NCBI GenBank assembly: GCA_028534125.1
Contig: CM052817.1
Coordinates: forward strand, 73,534,001 to 73,598,000
Length of the DNA: 64,000 nt
From: Lama glama
Lineage: Eukaryota
Direction: 5' to 3'
How positions within the stretch are numbered: the first letter of the stretch is position 1; the number at the start of each line of letters is the position of its first letter. A program made the position numbers and the translations under genes. Positions 23,748 to 36,587 of the stretch are shown one piece after another. Below the pieces are notes generated by a model, which was given only the letters and a program-made list of their open reading frames with translations, did no database searches and had not been told where the DNA came from.

Positions 23748-23840
23748 TATCTTATGCAGAGGGGTCTGCAGCACCCTAGGTGACAGCCTATCTACTCCGC
23801 AGGGAGAATACTTACCCTTCAGGTCCCTGTTCGGGCGCCA
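23748..23840 (-). repeat. Right arm of inverted repeat including a perfect 18-nt tRNA-Lys3 PBS (23823-23840)
   Basis: Plus strand reads GTCCCTGTTCGGGCGCCA, the 3' 18 nt of tRNA-Lys(UUU) including CCA. No U5 CA terminus beyond it. Confidence 0.97.
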
Positions 23841-24040
23841 CTCAAGCAAACCTCATCTAAGCAGCTTTTCAAAATATTTTAGGAGATTTTGTTTATGAAG
23901 TATTTGTTCCTACATCTCACCCAGTGTTTGCCCTGTAGAGTGAGCCAGTATCCTCTTGTTCTGTCCTAGATGGATATGGTTAGAAGTTATTCAGCAACTT
24001 CCTTTTGTATTTGATAATAAGTATTATGTTTCTTCAGAGC
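23841..24040 (-). mobile_element. Possible ancient L3/CR1 fragment flanking the ERV
   Basis: ttcctacatctcacc...cctcttgttctgtcctagatggatatgg resembles the recalled reverse L3 consensus. Confidence 0.35.
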
Positions 24041-24202
24041 TGACTCCTCACATAGTACTTTAATATACTATTTTCATTAGTGATAGGTATAAGAGGACTA
24101 ATATCTAACTCAGAATACTGTTTTTGAGGCAAGCCCCTGTCATATTGTTTTATTTGACAACACTTCTAAACTATACATATGATATAAATCACTCTCTATA
24201 TG

Positions 24203-24203
<1 letters not shown>

Positions 24204-24232
<29 letters not shown>
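24204..24232. repeat. (TATC)n microsatellite
   Basis: About 7 tandem TATC units. Confidence 0.9.
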
Positions 24233-24233
<1 letters not shown>

Positions 24234-27200
24234 AATATAAAAATGATATATGACATAAATTACATGATTCAGGATAGCTTACAACAAAATACATATAACA
24301 AAATGGGAAACTATAAATAGAAATTAAAAAATAATGATTACATAAAATATGTTACAGTATGATTTTAAAAACAAAAGAACCCTAACTCATGAAAATATAA
24401 AATGAATGCATGTCATAGATTTCATTCATCTTATTAATTGATAAGGGAACCAGTAAAATGTTAAAAACTAGTCCAAAGAATATTTGGTTTTTGTTACAAT
24501 TTATTTTAGATTGCTAGATTAGATGCAAAATTGGCTACTGTCCAACAAGGCCATAAACCATAACCTTCTGATTCCACTGGACAGAAATTATTTACATTTC
24601 TACTGAACAAAATATCCACATTTTAACATCTGTCCCTACAGAGCCACTAAATGAGACTGTCAAGCTCAGTACTGCACTGAAAGCATACCCAGTAATTTCT
24701 TGCCTATTTCCAAGTTTTGGATAATGTTTCTGACAAATAATTCCAAAAATTAGGGTAGAGGATCAAGATCAACGTGGGAAATGGACCATAAGTGCATAGT
24801 CTAACTGTAAGTTCCTGTGTAATGGCTATGTTTGAAATTTGCATTTAGTTGTGGGTTTTCTGGTAGCCAAAGTGAATAGAAGATATAAAAGATTATGGTT
24901 GGACAAAAGAAATATTGATATATTCTTAAGAAAAGACAAGTCTACCCTGAGAAGCTTTATATTAGGGACCACGGGGTGGGGGCTTGGAATTACACATCCC
25001 AAAATCCTCAAAACAGTCCTCTAACAAATGCAATAACAGATGTCATAGGGCTATCTTCTTAGAATACCCTGTGATGGAAGCCTCAAACATAACATTAAAA
25101 TCCACTCAGAGAAAGCAATTCCAGTGGGACGGGGATAGGGTGAGAAGGAAGTGGAAACAATAATTATAGTCCAAGAATCCGACTTTAAGATGGCCTGCGT
25201 GATCCACTTCTAGCAATGGTTCATTGCTATCAAAGGGAAGTAGAAGAATCACTCAAGGTTCAATGGGCCCTTTTCACAATTGTGCCAAGAGCAATGTGAA
25301 ATTTAAGGGGGAAGAGTCCTGCCAGGGCAGGAACAATGAGGTGATATTGAAAACATAGCATGGTGCCTGGCATGAATTAAGTGTTCAATAAACTGTAGCT
25401 GCTAGTATCATCATTATAATTATTACACTTTTTATAAAATAAACTTTTATATGCTTCTTAGATATGCAAGTGGAGATTTCAGGTGGGCTGACTGAAGTTC
25501 AGAGGGGAGAAGGGGCCTGGTGATGAGTGTTTGAGAGTTGTCAGTGTATAGGTGTTATTCCAAGCCAAGGGTAGGTCTGGATGGGAAGGGTTAATGTGTG
25601 GTAGTGGCCTTGGCAGTAGGACAAGCACAAATAGTGAGTGTGGGAGTGGTAGTAATCAAACAGTATTCCACAAATATAATCTCCTAAATAAAATTTCCAT
25701 ATGAAGAGAACAACAGAGAATTGAGGTTATTTTCTCTAGAATGCATGTTCACCATGTTTTTATTTTTAAAATCAAATGAGCAAATGTGGTTTGAGTTTCA
25801 CAAAACTTTAACAAAGAGGTGTGGTAGGAGATTTTTATCCCCATTTATAGTTTATAAATTATAAAAAAGCAAAGTGATGTGCTCAAGATTGAAATATATT
25901 TATGTGTAAACATATATCTTATATAGTTATAATAATACATTACTTAATACATATTACATAGTTATGTATGTTGGCAGAATTAAGTCTTGACCTCAGAGCT
26001 TCTGATGAGCTCAGCACTTTCCTGTCTTATCTTTCCTCCCCTCACTGTGTTTGTTTGTACTCTCCTTGCTGAGTTTTGATGTGTTGCTTTTGAGAAGGAT
26101 CCAATTATACATGGTCACAGAGAGCTGATTAGTATTTTCTCAGATGCTAATCACTGCCTTCCTTCCAACCTGGCTTCCTATGCAGACTTAATAAGCATTC
26201 TCCTTGTGCCATCATTTAGGATATTGACTGATATTAACTAATGCAGATGCAGGACCACTTCTGGCCATTGTTCCTTCAGGATAAATTGTCACACTTTGAG
26301 TGATGGGTTGTGTGATGTAGGTGGTTCTCCATTAGGGGACTGGATTAAAATGAGAAATTTATTCCTTACTGGCCACTGCGCTGTCGTTAGGGGTCAGTCA
26401 CTGTCCATCTGACTGAGTAGATAACAGATTCATTATAATCTTAGGAAGGCCTCCCACTACTCATATCACCAGCTACCATACTTGAAAAAGCAAGTCATTA
26501 AAAGGTATAATGATTAAAGCAATGCCTCGTACTGACCTTGTCGCTTGATTCTCTGAGACATAAAAATTGTTTGCAACATCAGTCAGCTTTTGATTTGTGA
26601 TGTCTTTGAAAAGTAATTCAAATCACGTATTGGAAAGAGGCCAGTAGACCCATCTGCTGAGTTTGTCTTTCTAAATTGAGTGCAGTGCGTAGTGCTGGGG
26701 GAAATGACACACCTCTCTTACGCATATTTTCATGAACCTTCTCAGTCTCTAGAGAACCCACCCATGCACTGTTAAATTGTGTCATTTGTGGGAACACAAT
26801 GACAAGGGCCTAAATTGGAAAGCAATGTAGATTTAGCAAGAAAACGTTTTTCACTCAAAGGGGACCCTGCTAATTTCCTGTGTCCAATATAAAGAACTAG
26901 AGGAATCAAATGAACAACAGAAAATGCTAATCTAAAAGGCCTACTTTCTCTTGTTACTAAATTAAGATACTGCCTGATATTTCATATAGATCATCACACA
27001 GAGTGAAATGGAATTGTAAATGTTTGTGAAAAGAGGGCAAATAAAATGAAAGAAAGGAAAGAGGACATAGATGATCCTGGCCTAGTCCTGTTCTGCCGTC
27101 TATCTCCCCACCATGAATAAACAATAGCAACGAAGGCTGGAATTTATTAAGTGCTGTCTATGCAGCAGGTTCTATTCAGCAGGGACTACATATGGATTAT

Positions 27201-29894
27201 CTCATTAATCCTTGGGGTAATTTTGTTATTTCACTTTATAGATGAGGACAGTGAAATTTACAGAGATCAGCAAATTGGTCTAGTTTCATCTCCTTGGTTA
27301 GTTTTCTATAAAGAACTCACATTCTCTATGGAAATGTCTTCTCTGTTTCTTCTCTCCAATTTTGCTCCAGTCTTGCTTTGGCAAAAGTAAAAAAAAGAAG
27401 AAAAGAAGTGAGCACAGGTATGGTCCATTCCTATTCGAAAGTGGAGAAGCAGCGTTCTCAAAAGAAAAGAGAAAATAACATAGGAAGGAATTTTCAGTTT
27501 ATTTGGTTCAAAATTTTCATTTTCAGATGGCTTAACTATAGTCAAGATAATAGAGTAAAACATTTAGTTAGAAGTAAACCTCGATTAGAAACTAATGTTT
27601 CTCATTCCCTATTGAGTACTCTTCATATATCACATTGCTTTTCTTCACTTCAAACCCAGAAAGTGCCCCCCACTCCAACCCCAAGAAAAATTTAAGTTAG
27701 ATGAGGTTATTTATCTAACACTGTCTTTCTGTAAAGGAGTGTACTGCTCAGGGGCTTCCATTTAGCTGCCTGTACAAGATGAGTATATTCCATTGATGTT
27801 TATGATCACTTAGCAGGAATCGTAATTTTCCTAAGTTCATGATGATTATTTTTTATAATTTTTTTCTTGCTAGAGTGAATTTGAAGTTGCCATTGCTCCT
27901 TCAAATAAAATGATGTGTTTATAGTTTTCAGACTGCCAAGTATAGCTGAAGTAAATATAAACTTGAAAGGAAAAAAAAAACTTATTGGACCCTAAAAAAA
28001 CATTTTGGAAAATGCACACAACTTTAAATGATTTTTCATTCTTTGATATATTCCATAATACAGAAAAAATGAGTTTAATAAAATGGTAGGAAATAAAAGT
28101 AAGGGCTGACAGTTTTATCTAATATGACCTATGAGTTGAAAGCCAACATCATCAACCACTCTAATTTTCGTTCCTTCTATAAACAATATATAGCAGAATT
28201 GGGAGCAAATAAACTCCCTTTACCATTCTCCACTCCTTTTTCCCCCCACACAAATGCCTTTCTTTACGTTGACAATAATAAAGAAGCATGGTTCAAGGTG
28301 GTTCCTTTATATTGTGATAATCAGATATTTCATTTAAATTAACAACTATGAGATTACAGCACTGACTACTTTTTAGAGAATTCTCTAAAAGTGGTAAATG
28401 GGTACCATCTATGGGTACAGCTGGATATGACCAATCTGCATCTGGTGTTAATCTTTAGTTTTTTCATTATGCAGAAAGCCTCAGATGCCTAAGTCGTTCC
28501 CATCTTGCATTTAATTGATGTTTCTCAATTTGAAAATGATATGCCGACACATGCTTATTACATTCTTCATTTCATTTCTTGCAGACTTGTTTCTGCAATC
28601 CACAAATTCTCTATGCCTTCCTTTTGTAAGTGTACTGGTGTGAAGCTCAGTGAGGAAGCAGTTCAGGAATGAAAAGTGTTTTTTTTATAAATAGCCCTGG
28701 AATTTACTAGCCGCATAATTCTGAGCTGGCTGCTTTTCTGAGAGATACCTTCTTCATCTGCAATATGGGAATAATCACAGAGGCCTCTGCAGGTTATTTA
28801 TACACAACAGTGTGTGAGAAATCCCTTAATAAATTTTACAATGGAACTTAAAGTGATGTTGGAAATGTAAGGTGATATTAATGCTGATATTTGCTTTTTT
28901 TTTCTCTAAAGACCTCCATTCCAAACTGGAGAGACTTGTAATTTTCTTTTTCTTTTTTTCCTTTAAGAGAGCTTCAGAATCATCAACTTAGAATTGACTA
29001 CTTGTTTGTGCTCGTACTATATTCTGAGTCCACCTCTTTTATTAAGTCTACCTCTTTGAATCTCTACCCACAACATGGAGTTGCATTTAAGTGCATGTTT
29101 ATGTCTCCCATGGGCTCAGTTCCTTGAGAGCAGGGAGCAAGGGTCTTAGTCATCTTTGTATCCCTCACATCTAGTACTAGGGTTTGCCAATGTAAGCTTT
29201 TGCAAGTCTGTGTTGAATTAGATTTAATTTGGAAGACTAGAAAGAAGGAATTTGTGTTCTATCCTTTCACTTGGTGTTCTTTTCTTGAAAAAAAAAACAA
29301 AAACAAAAAAGGTTTACCCTTCTAAAGGAATAGTTTATACTGGGTCAAATTTATTTTAAAAGTTAGATTTTTATGAAAGTGGGGGCGAATAGTAGGAATT
29401 AGACTATATTCACAAGCCTTTCTTTCATCTTTATTGTAATCTTTAAAGAAATGAGTTGATGATGTCAAATTGATTGTTTCAATAAGGATAACATTACTTT
29501 TAAGTTATTTGTTAGGAATAATTACCTTTCTCCCTTAAAGAATACTGTTGAAATAAATAATAGCCAAGTACACTCTTCTTTTTCAACAAGGTACAAACTT
29601 GTTAGGAAGTATTTTGTGAAATTCAATTTCAAGAATAGTTTTATATTGATTTTAAAATATAAAGAAATTTGAAAAGTGAGTTTGAAACATTGATTGTGAT
29701 GTCTTTTCTGAATTTCATTTAAATGTGATTATTTTTCTAATATCTTTAAGCACTTAATAAACATTAATTCATTGATTTTTTTCCCCTAAGATTCTCATGA
29801 GAAAGTAATTATTAGTCTTTTTTTAAAGTTTGTTTTCTGTTACTTTCATTTAAAAATTCCTTTTACTCTGAGTTTTTAAATGTAATTTTGTTCC

Positions 29895-30340
29895 ACTTTT
29901 TTTAAATTGTGGTAAGATACACATAACATAAAAGTTACCATTTTAAGCATTTTTAAATGTACAGTTCACAGGCATTAAGTACATTCACATTGCTGTGCGA
30001 ACATCACCACTATTGCTCTCTAGAATTTTTGCATCTTCCCAAACTGAAACTCCATATCCATTAAACAATAACTCCTTTTTCCTCCCTTTTCTCAGCCTCC
30101 AGCAACCACTTCGTATCTCTATGAATTTGATTACTCTAGGTACTTCATGTAAGTGGGGTCATAAGATAGTTGTCATTTTGTGACTGGCATATTTCACTTA
30201 TCAGTGTCTTCAAGGTTTATCCATGTTGTGGTGTGTGTCAGAATTTCCTTCCTTTTTAAGTCTGAATGATATCCCATTGTATGTGTATACCACATTTTGT
30301 TGACCCATTTACCCATTAATGGAAATTTGGGTTGTTTCCA
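29895..30340 (-). mobile_element. L1 (L1MB-like) 3' end
   Basis: ttttaaattgtggtaagatacacataacataaaagttacc...ttgggttgtttcca. Confidence 0.85.
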
Positions 30341-31149
30341 TTAATTTTAAAACATTTCCCAGTAATTTAATACTTCTGGGGCTGTTTTAGCAATTTGAAA
30401 ATGCTTCAACAAGTATAAAGTTTACCTAATCCTTTGACCTTTTATACAAATGAGACGATAGAATGCGGTTAGGCTCCATATGGGCTCAAATTGAGACTCT
30501 GCTGATCATTAGCCATGGGACCTTAAATTACTTAGCTTCTCAGGGAGCAGACGTCTGCATTTTTACAATGGAAATAATAATAGTGCAACACTTGATTGCT
30601 ATGAATGGTAAATGACACTTAGTTCTGCCTATGAGAAGAGTATTGCAAACTAGCCCCGCCACTTCAGTTAATTAAAACATGTATGTGCTGAGTGCTCTAA
30701 TCAGTATCGTGTTAAGTGATCTAGTGTATGCTAACAGGTAGCGCTGTCCTTCCTCTTTGCGATGCTTAGGGTTGTGTGGAAGCCATGGTAGGAATTACTG
30801 AGCACAATAAAGCAGAATTTATGTTATTAAAGATAAATATAAAGGGACTTTTTTTAATTGTGAGATTTTTAATTGAAAGAGTTATTTCAGAATAGAAGAA
30901 ATTGGGAAATTTTTCACTGATTATGTGCCAGAAATGTATGTGTGTATGTATTTCACTTAATCTTTATGAAAATCTATGTCATAAGATTTTTAACCTCATT
31001 TTTACACATGAGGACACTAAGGATTAGAGAAAGTGTATAGTTAATAAGAGTCAGAGTTGAGTGTGAGTCAAAATCTGCCTGCTTTTATCAAGCTCGTACA
31101 TACCTGGGCTCACCATTTTACTACAGTATGCCTCAGCCTGAAAGTGTAA

Positions 31150-31890
31150 ATATTTGAGATGGATCTGGAAGAAGATATGGGAGAAGAGTGTGGAGGAAGG
31201 ACATTCCAGATAAAAATGGGAGGGATGTACTCAAGTATAGTACATGCTTAAGACTTCACTGGGATGTGCGTAAGGGAAGAATGAGCACTAAGGCAGGAAA
31301 AGCAATTTGGATATGAAATTGTGGAGTACATATCTTAGGCAGAATGTCAGTTTGCATTTGACTTGGTAGGCAATGGCAAGATATCGAAGATTTATGTACA
31401 GAAATGTCAGAGTTGCCTTTGTGAAAACTAATCAGTAGAAATGTAGAGAATGGAGAAGGGGAGGTGGGAGGCAGATTGAGAACAGTGAAGAGGAATATCA
31501 GAAGAGTTTATATGGAAAGAGCTCGATTAAAGTGATAGCATGGAATGAAAAAGAAGGGATTAATTCAAAAGACATTGCAGAAGTGAAATCCAAAGGATTC
31601 AATACCTTATTGGATGAGAAATAGAGGAGAGAATGACCAACTAAACTTTCGGGTCAAAAGGACTAATAGAACGATAGTTCTATTAACAGGAATGATAAAA
31701 TCAGAAAGAGGAAGCAGCTGGGGAGAAGGTAGCAAATTCTGCTTTTGATCGTTTTGAGTTTAAGAGTCCAGCAGTTAATCCTTTTGCTAACAGACCTAAG
31801 GAAGAAATACTGAGGGAATACCGACTTTAGTGGAAAACAAAAGAGGTACTGCAAAATTGAAGGGCAAGAGAGTTTGGGCTAAAGGTAGGA
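31150..31890 (-). mobile_element. Degraded L2 fragment
   Basis: Purine-rich reverse L2-like motifs (gaaggacattccaga, ggtaggcaatgg, gacattgcagaagtgaaatc). Boundaries approximate. Confidence 0.55.
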
Positions 31891-32769
31891 ATTTGGGATT
31901 GTGAAGTACTGCCTCTTTCTTAAAAGCAAATCTTTAAATTCCAAGGTTGGGAGAAGGTCGGATTTTGTGATTCTAACTTTATTAATTTCACAATCATAAG
32001 AAGCATCTTCCTGGAAGGGAGGTTATGAAAGGGTTTCTCTGCCTTTTAACAATTGTCTCTGCTGGTATGATGTCTGTAAAAGCAGTGGGACTTTCACTTT
32101 GACTCCAGAGAACAGCTGGGATAAGGTTTAAAAATCCAAACAAAGCTGTGCCAAACTCAGCTCTTTTCAATGTGTTCTGTGAAAGGAACATTGTTGGTCT
32201 GTGGGGAAAGAAAAAGGTCTATGGTTAAAAGAGCTTGGAAATGCTGGAATTAAACAAAGATATCATTTTTTGAAAATTACAAAATCTTGTTTTATTCTAC
32301 TTCATTTTTTTTTTACAGTGAATATTAGTAGTATTCACTGTCAATCACTGAGAGGACGCTATAGAATGCTGAATATTTAAGAGACTTTGAAATGGAAAAT
32401 ACTTTTTAAAAAACATGAAGCATGACATAGATAATTTGGCTTACAAAATATTTTCAGCTTCTTTTTAGCTGGGGCCTGCTATAGGCACTTTTTTTCCTCC
32501 ATGGTCCCCAGACTTCCTCCATGCAATGTCCATTCCCAAACCCACCATCCAGGAACCCAGTTCTAATATATTTATCATCAGGGTATCATTAGGATCTCAA
32601 TCCTCATATTTTCTTCTTTAGATTTTTTACCGAGATAGATAGGCCAGTCCATGTCTCCTGCCTGGCTGGGGCTCATTTTGATTTTTGTGTGTGGATCTAC
32701 TTCTCTCTTGGGTCTTTGACATGAAGATGAGTCTCACTTAGATAATATTCTTCCCCATGATAACAGTAA

Positions 32770-33300
32770 AATTTTGCCATGCAGAAACTTTTGAGTTTAA
32801 TTAGGCCCTATTTGTTTATTTTTGCTTTTATTTCCTTTGCTTTAGGAGACAGATCCAAAAAATATTGCTACTATTTATGTCAAAGAGTGTACCACCTATG
32901 TTTTCTTCAAGAGTTTTATGGTTTCTGGTCTTACATTTAGGTCTTTATTACATTTTGAGTTTATTTTTGTATATGTGTGAGAAAACATTCTAATTTCATT
33001 CTTTTACTTGTAGCTTTCCAGTTTTCCCAGCACCACTTATTGAAGAGATTGTCTTTTCTCCATGGTATATTTTTACCTCCTTTGTCATAGGTTAATTGAC
33101 CATAGGTGTGTGGGTTTACTTCTGGGCTCTCTATACTGTTCCATTGATCCATATGTCTGTTTTGGTAGCATGTTGTGTTGATTATTGTAACTTTGTAATA
33201 TAGTTTGAAGTCAGGGACCATGATTCCTTCTACTCTTTTCTTCTTTCTTTAAATTGTTTTAGCCATTTGAGGTCTTTTTGAAACACATGTATATTTGTAA
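32770..33300 (-). mobile_element. L1 ORF2 C-terminal fragment
   Basis: ORF 32961-33221 reads PDFKLYYK...[10 protein letters not shown]...[10 protein letters not shown], which is diagnostic of L1 ORF2p. Confidence 0.92.
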
Positions 33301-33735
33301 GGAGGGATGTTGAAGGGAAAAACTGGAAACAATCATTTTTTTTTTTATTGAGGTGGGCATCTTCAGAGAGGACATTTCTGAAGCCATAGTAAAGGATGAG
33401 GTCATTGAGGAAAAGATTATAGAGAAGAAAATTTATCAAAGGGAAAAACTTCAAGAAATGTCTATTTTAAAGGGAAAGATAGAGGAAGAAGAGCATGCAG
33501 GAGATATGGTCATTGAGAGATAGAAGAAGAAATAGAAAATTGATGGGAAAACGTTTTTAGTTAGAGGTAAGTGATCTCCAGCATTGAATTTTGAAATATG
33601 GTCATTATCTTTGACAGACACTGAAAAGTCATATTACTATCCTATATAGAACTATCAATATAAAATGATCAGAAAGGCAGAATAATCTTATTTGTATGAA
33701 TAACATGAATTTGGCAAATTCTGAAAATCTACCGG

Positions 33736-35314
33736 GGTCACATAAAGACAGAATTATTCTCCACAAATGAAACTTACTGATTTTAAAAAGCAAATAATTA
33801 TTACCATATACTTGTAAAATAAAATGGATACAAGAAATTTTAAAACATTTTGTTTGAAAAAAATGTTTTTTGATAAAACATCTTCGGTAAAGGAGGAATT
33901 TCTAGTGCCTCTGTCCTAGGGGAAAAGTTGAAGATAACATGGGTGCCAGACCTAAAAAGGGCCTTTGAGGGTTCATAGAAGACAGAGGGCACTGTGGATG
34001 TGACCTGTGACTCACCCATGACCAAAGAATTCCTTTTGGAAGCTGTGTCCTGCAATAGGGGAAAAATGATGGAAAAGCTGGCCATATTTGAAACTACACC
34101 ACCAAGAATGCACTGTTTACGCCTTTTGGTTAAACAGTTCTAGAAAGTTCCATCAGTTAGTGTACATTTTGTGGCTCTTCCTGGTAGCTGAAGGAAAAAA
34201 GCAGAGATGAAAAAGCTGTTTTGCAGTCTGTGCAGTGGAATTCATTCTTTCAGTCTTTGTTATTGATTGCAGAACTGATTTATCCTGTATTTGAAGAATG
34301 TAACAATACACACCATGGCAACCAGTGCACCAGACCCACACAGTGTTTCAGCCACCCCAACAAGACTAATAATAGTCATCATTTTCATTTCTCTCATTAA
34401 CTTTAAGCAGTATTTTTAGCCATCTTTCAAGTCAAAATTCTCTTTATTATCTTGAAGAAAAACTGTCATGCTGAATTTTAAGAGAATATGCATTTCTAAA
34501 TATAATGGGTTTATTTCCTCACATCATTGTCTATTTTATTTTATTCAACATATTAGATTCTTTCTTATTTCTGATATGTATGTACATATTATAAAATAAT
34601 TGTTCAGATGGTGACAAAATGATTGTTTTCTTAGCATTTGCGTGCATTAAATCTCTATTTATCTGAAGTGCACAGACTTGTAACATCATTGTGCTAAACG
34701 TGGGCTAAAAAAATTGAACTCCCTTTATAAATTTATCTCCTGCTCTTTCTTTTCCTCTTTCTCTATATTTTAATGGATAAAATGGAAGAGATGGAACTGA
34801 GTTCTAGGCCAGTGAACAACTGTCTTTCCCTTTCTCCCCTTTCATTGTCCTTACACGATTCAGTAGACACTTTGGGAATTTTCAGAACCTCGGGGTCATT
34901 ATTCAACAACCCAAATATTTTTCTGTAGATATATGGAAGTTAATAAAAACAGCTTATGCTTAAAAGAATGTGTCTATATTTTTAGTATTCTTGAAAAAAA
35001 TAGTGATGATAATTTGATGTCCTACTGCCTAAAGGCAGTTTTAAAAGTTCTAGACAGTTCTTTGCCTGGGCAGAGGCTCAGTCAATATGGAATCATAACC
35101 AAAGTTCTCCTGCAATGTGTTCAACTGTGTAAAGTTGAAAATAGCATCTTGATTTTTCTGATGTGTGGGGAGAGGATCAAGATGAGTGTGAAGTGATGGG
35201 GTCAGGTCACATAAATAGAGAATTATTCTCCACAAATGAAACTTACTGATTTTAAAAAGCAAATAATTATTACCATGTTCTTGTAAAGTAAAATGGAGTT
35301 GATACAAGAAATTT
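33736..35314 (+). repeat. Dispersed direct repeat of ~105-110 bp (33736-33840 and 35205-35314)
   Basis: Shared core agaattattctccacaaatgaaacttactgattttaaaaagcaaataattattaccat is identical, flanks are similar. Confidence 0.92.
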
Positions 35315-35436
35315 ATATACAAGAACTATAATTCAGAGCCCAGGTCTTTATTTCTAGGCCTCTGGCTTCCTATGTAGAAAATAAAGATGACTGATGAGCC
35401 CCAGAAATTCATCAAATTCCAGTGAGTCACTGACTA

Positions 35437-35876
35437 ATTTTTTTTTTAAATTTCAGCTTTATTGAGGTATAACTCAAATAGGTGACTTGCACATGTATAC
35501 ATTGTGAAAGGATTTCTCCTCCCCATCTAGTTAATTAACATATCCATCACCTCCCATTTTTATCCTTAATTTTGTTTTTGTTTTTGTTTTTGTTTTGGTG
35601 AGAACATTTAAGTTCTACCCTCTTAGCAAATTTCAATTATACAATACAGTGTTGCATTAGTTCCTCAGACCGTATTCATTTTATAGATGAAACAACCTCT
35701 CCATATTTTCCCTAACCCCCTAGCCCCTGGAAATCAGTTTTCTACTCTTTGTTCCTATGAGTTTGACTCTTTTTAGCTTCCACATGTAACTGACACCATG
35801 CAGTGTTTGTCTTTCTCAGTCTGGCTTATTTCACTTAGCATAATGCCCTCAAGGTCTATCCATGTGGTTGCAAATG
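35437..35876 (-). mobile_element. L1 3' end
   Basis: Poly-T then cagctttattgaggtataact...ggcttatttcacttagcataatg. Probable TSD ctgacta. Confidence 0.88.
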
Positions 35877-36587
35877 TTGCTGACTATTATCAAAGTTTAT
35901 CCTAGCAGTCAGGAGTGAGGTCATGCACCTCAACCTGGGGAGAATATTCAGACCGTCTTTGGATTTGAGCTGCTCAATTATGATACTATTGGAGCCACAT
36001 GTAGTCCCTGATAAACTAAGTTCAGTGAACTAACTCTTTTTCTGTAGCTTGATTTCCCCTTCACCATGTTCAACATTTTAATATGAAAAAGTTCATATAT
36101 ACAGAATAATTGTACTGTAAGCATTCATAGATCCACCATCTAGATTCTACAGTTAAACTTCTGTGTAACTGTTTTTTAAAATATTGGTGATGTCATTTGA
36201 AACTGGACTGTATTCCTATATCTGCTGTTATTAAGATAGAAAATTTCAATTTCTAATTTGTCTGCTGAGTCATCTGAAGGCCTCCCTCAAAATATCCACT
36301 TTTGAAATACTGCTTTATGCCTCAGACACTCCAATTGAGATATATTTCCAGCTATTAATCAATTGAGTGTGTCTGCAAACTTGTCATGTTTCATTCGCAC
36401 AGGTTTTGAGACTACCCCACAACACCCACCTGTGCCAATAGACTAAGAATGCTAACACAAGTCTGTTTTCTTCCCCACTTCTCTCCAGCCATTTTTCTAA
36501 GGGTGAAAAATAGGCAGTGAGAGCAAATTGTCTTCTAGGGAAGGCTCTCTCATAGTGGTGTGCTGTCCTTCAGCAGGTGTGTTGTGG

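Larger units (their letters stand above)
21308..23840. mobile_element. Rearranged betaretroviral (class II) ERV insert with inverted PBS/leader ends and no complete LTR
   Basis: PBS, leader and gag on +, integrase fragment and a second leader/PBS on -. Right boundary is sharp at 23840. Left boundary is uncertain (21308 if a U3 remnant is included, otherwise ~21569). No TSD seen. Confidence 0.9.

Noticed and set aside
21574..23836. DNA transposon with 89-bp TIRs and a DDE transposase
   Set aside because: The arms are retroviral PBS/leader sequence, the DDE protein is a truncated retroviral integrase, and there is no TSD.
23818..23840. tRNA-Lys gene
   Set aside because: Only the 3' ~18-23 nt including CCA match and there is no cloverleaf. 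It is a PBS read on the opposite strand.
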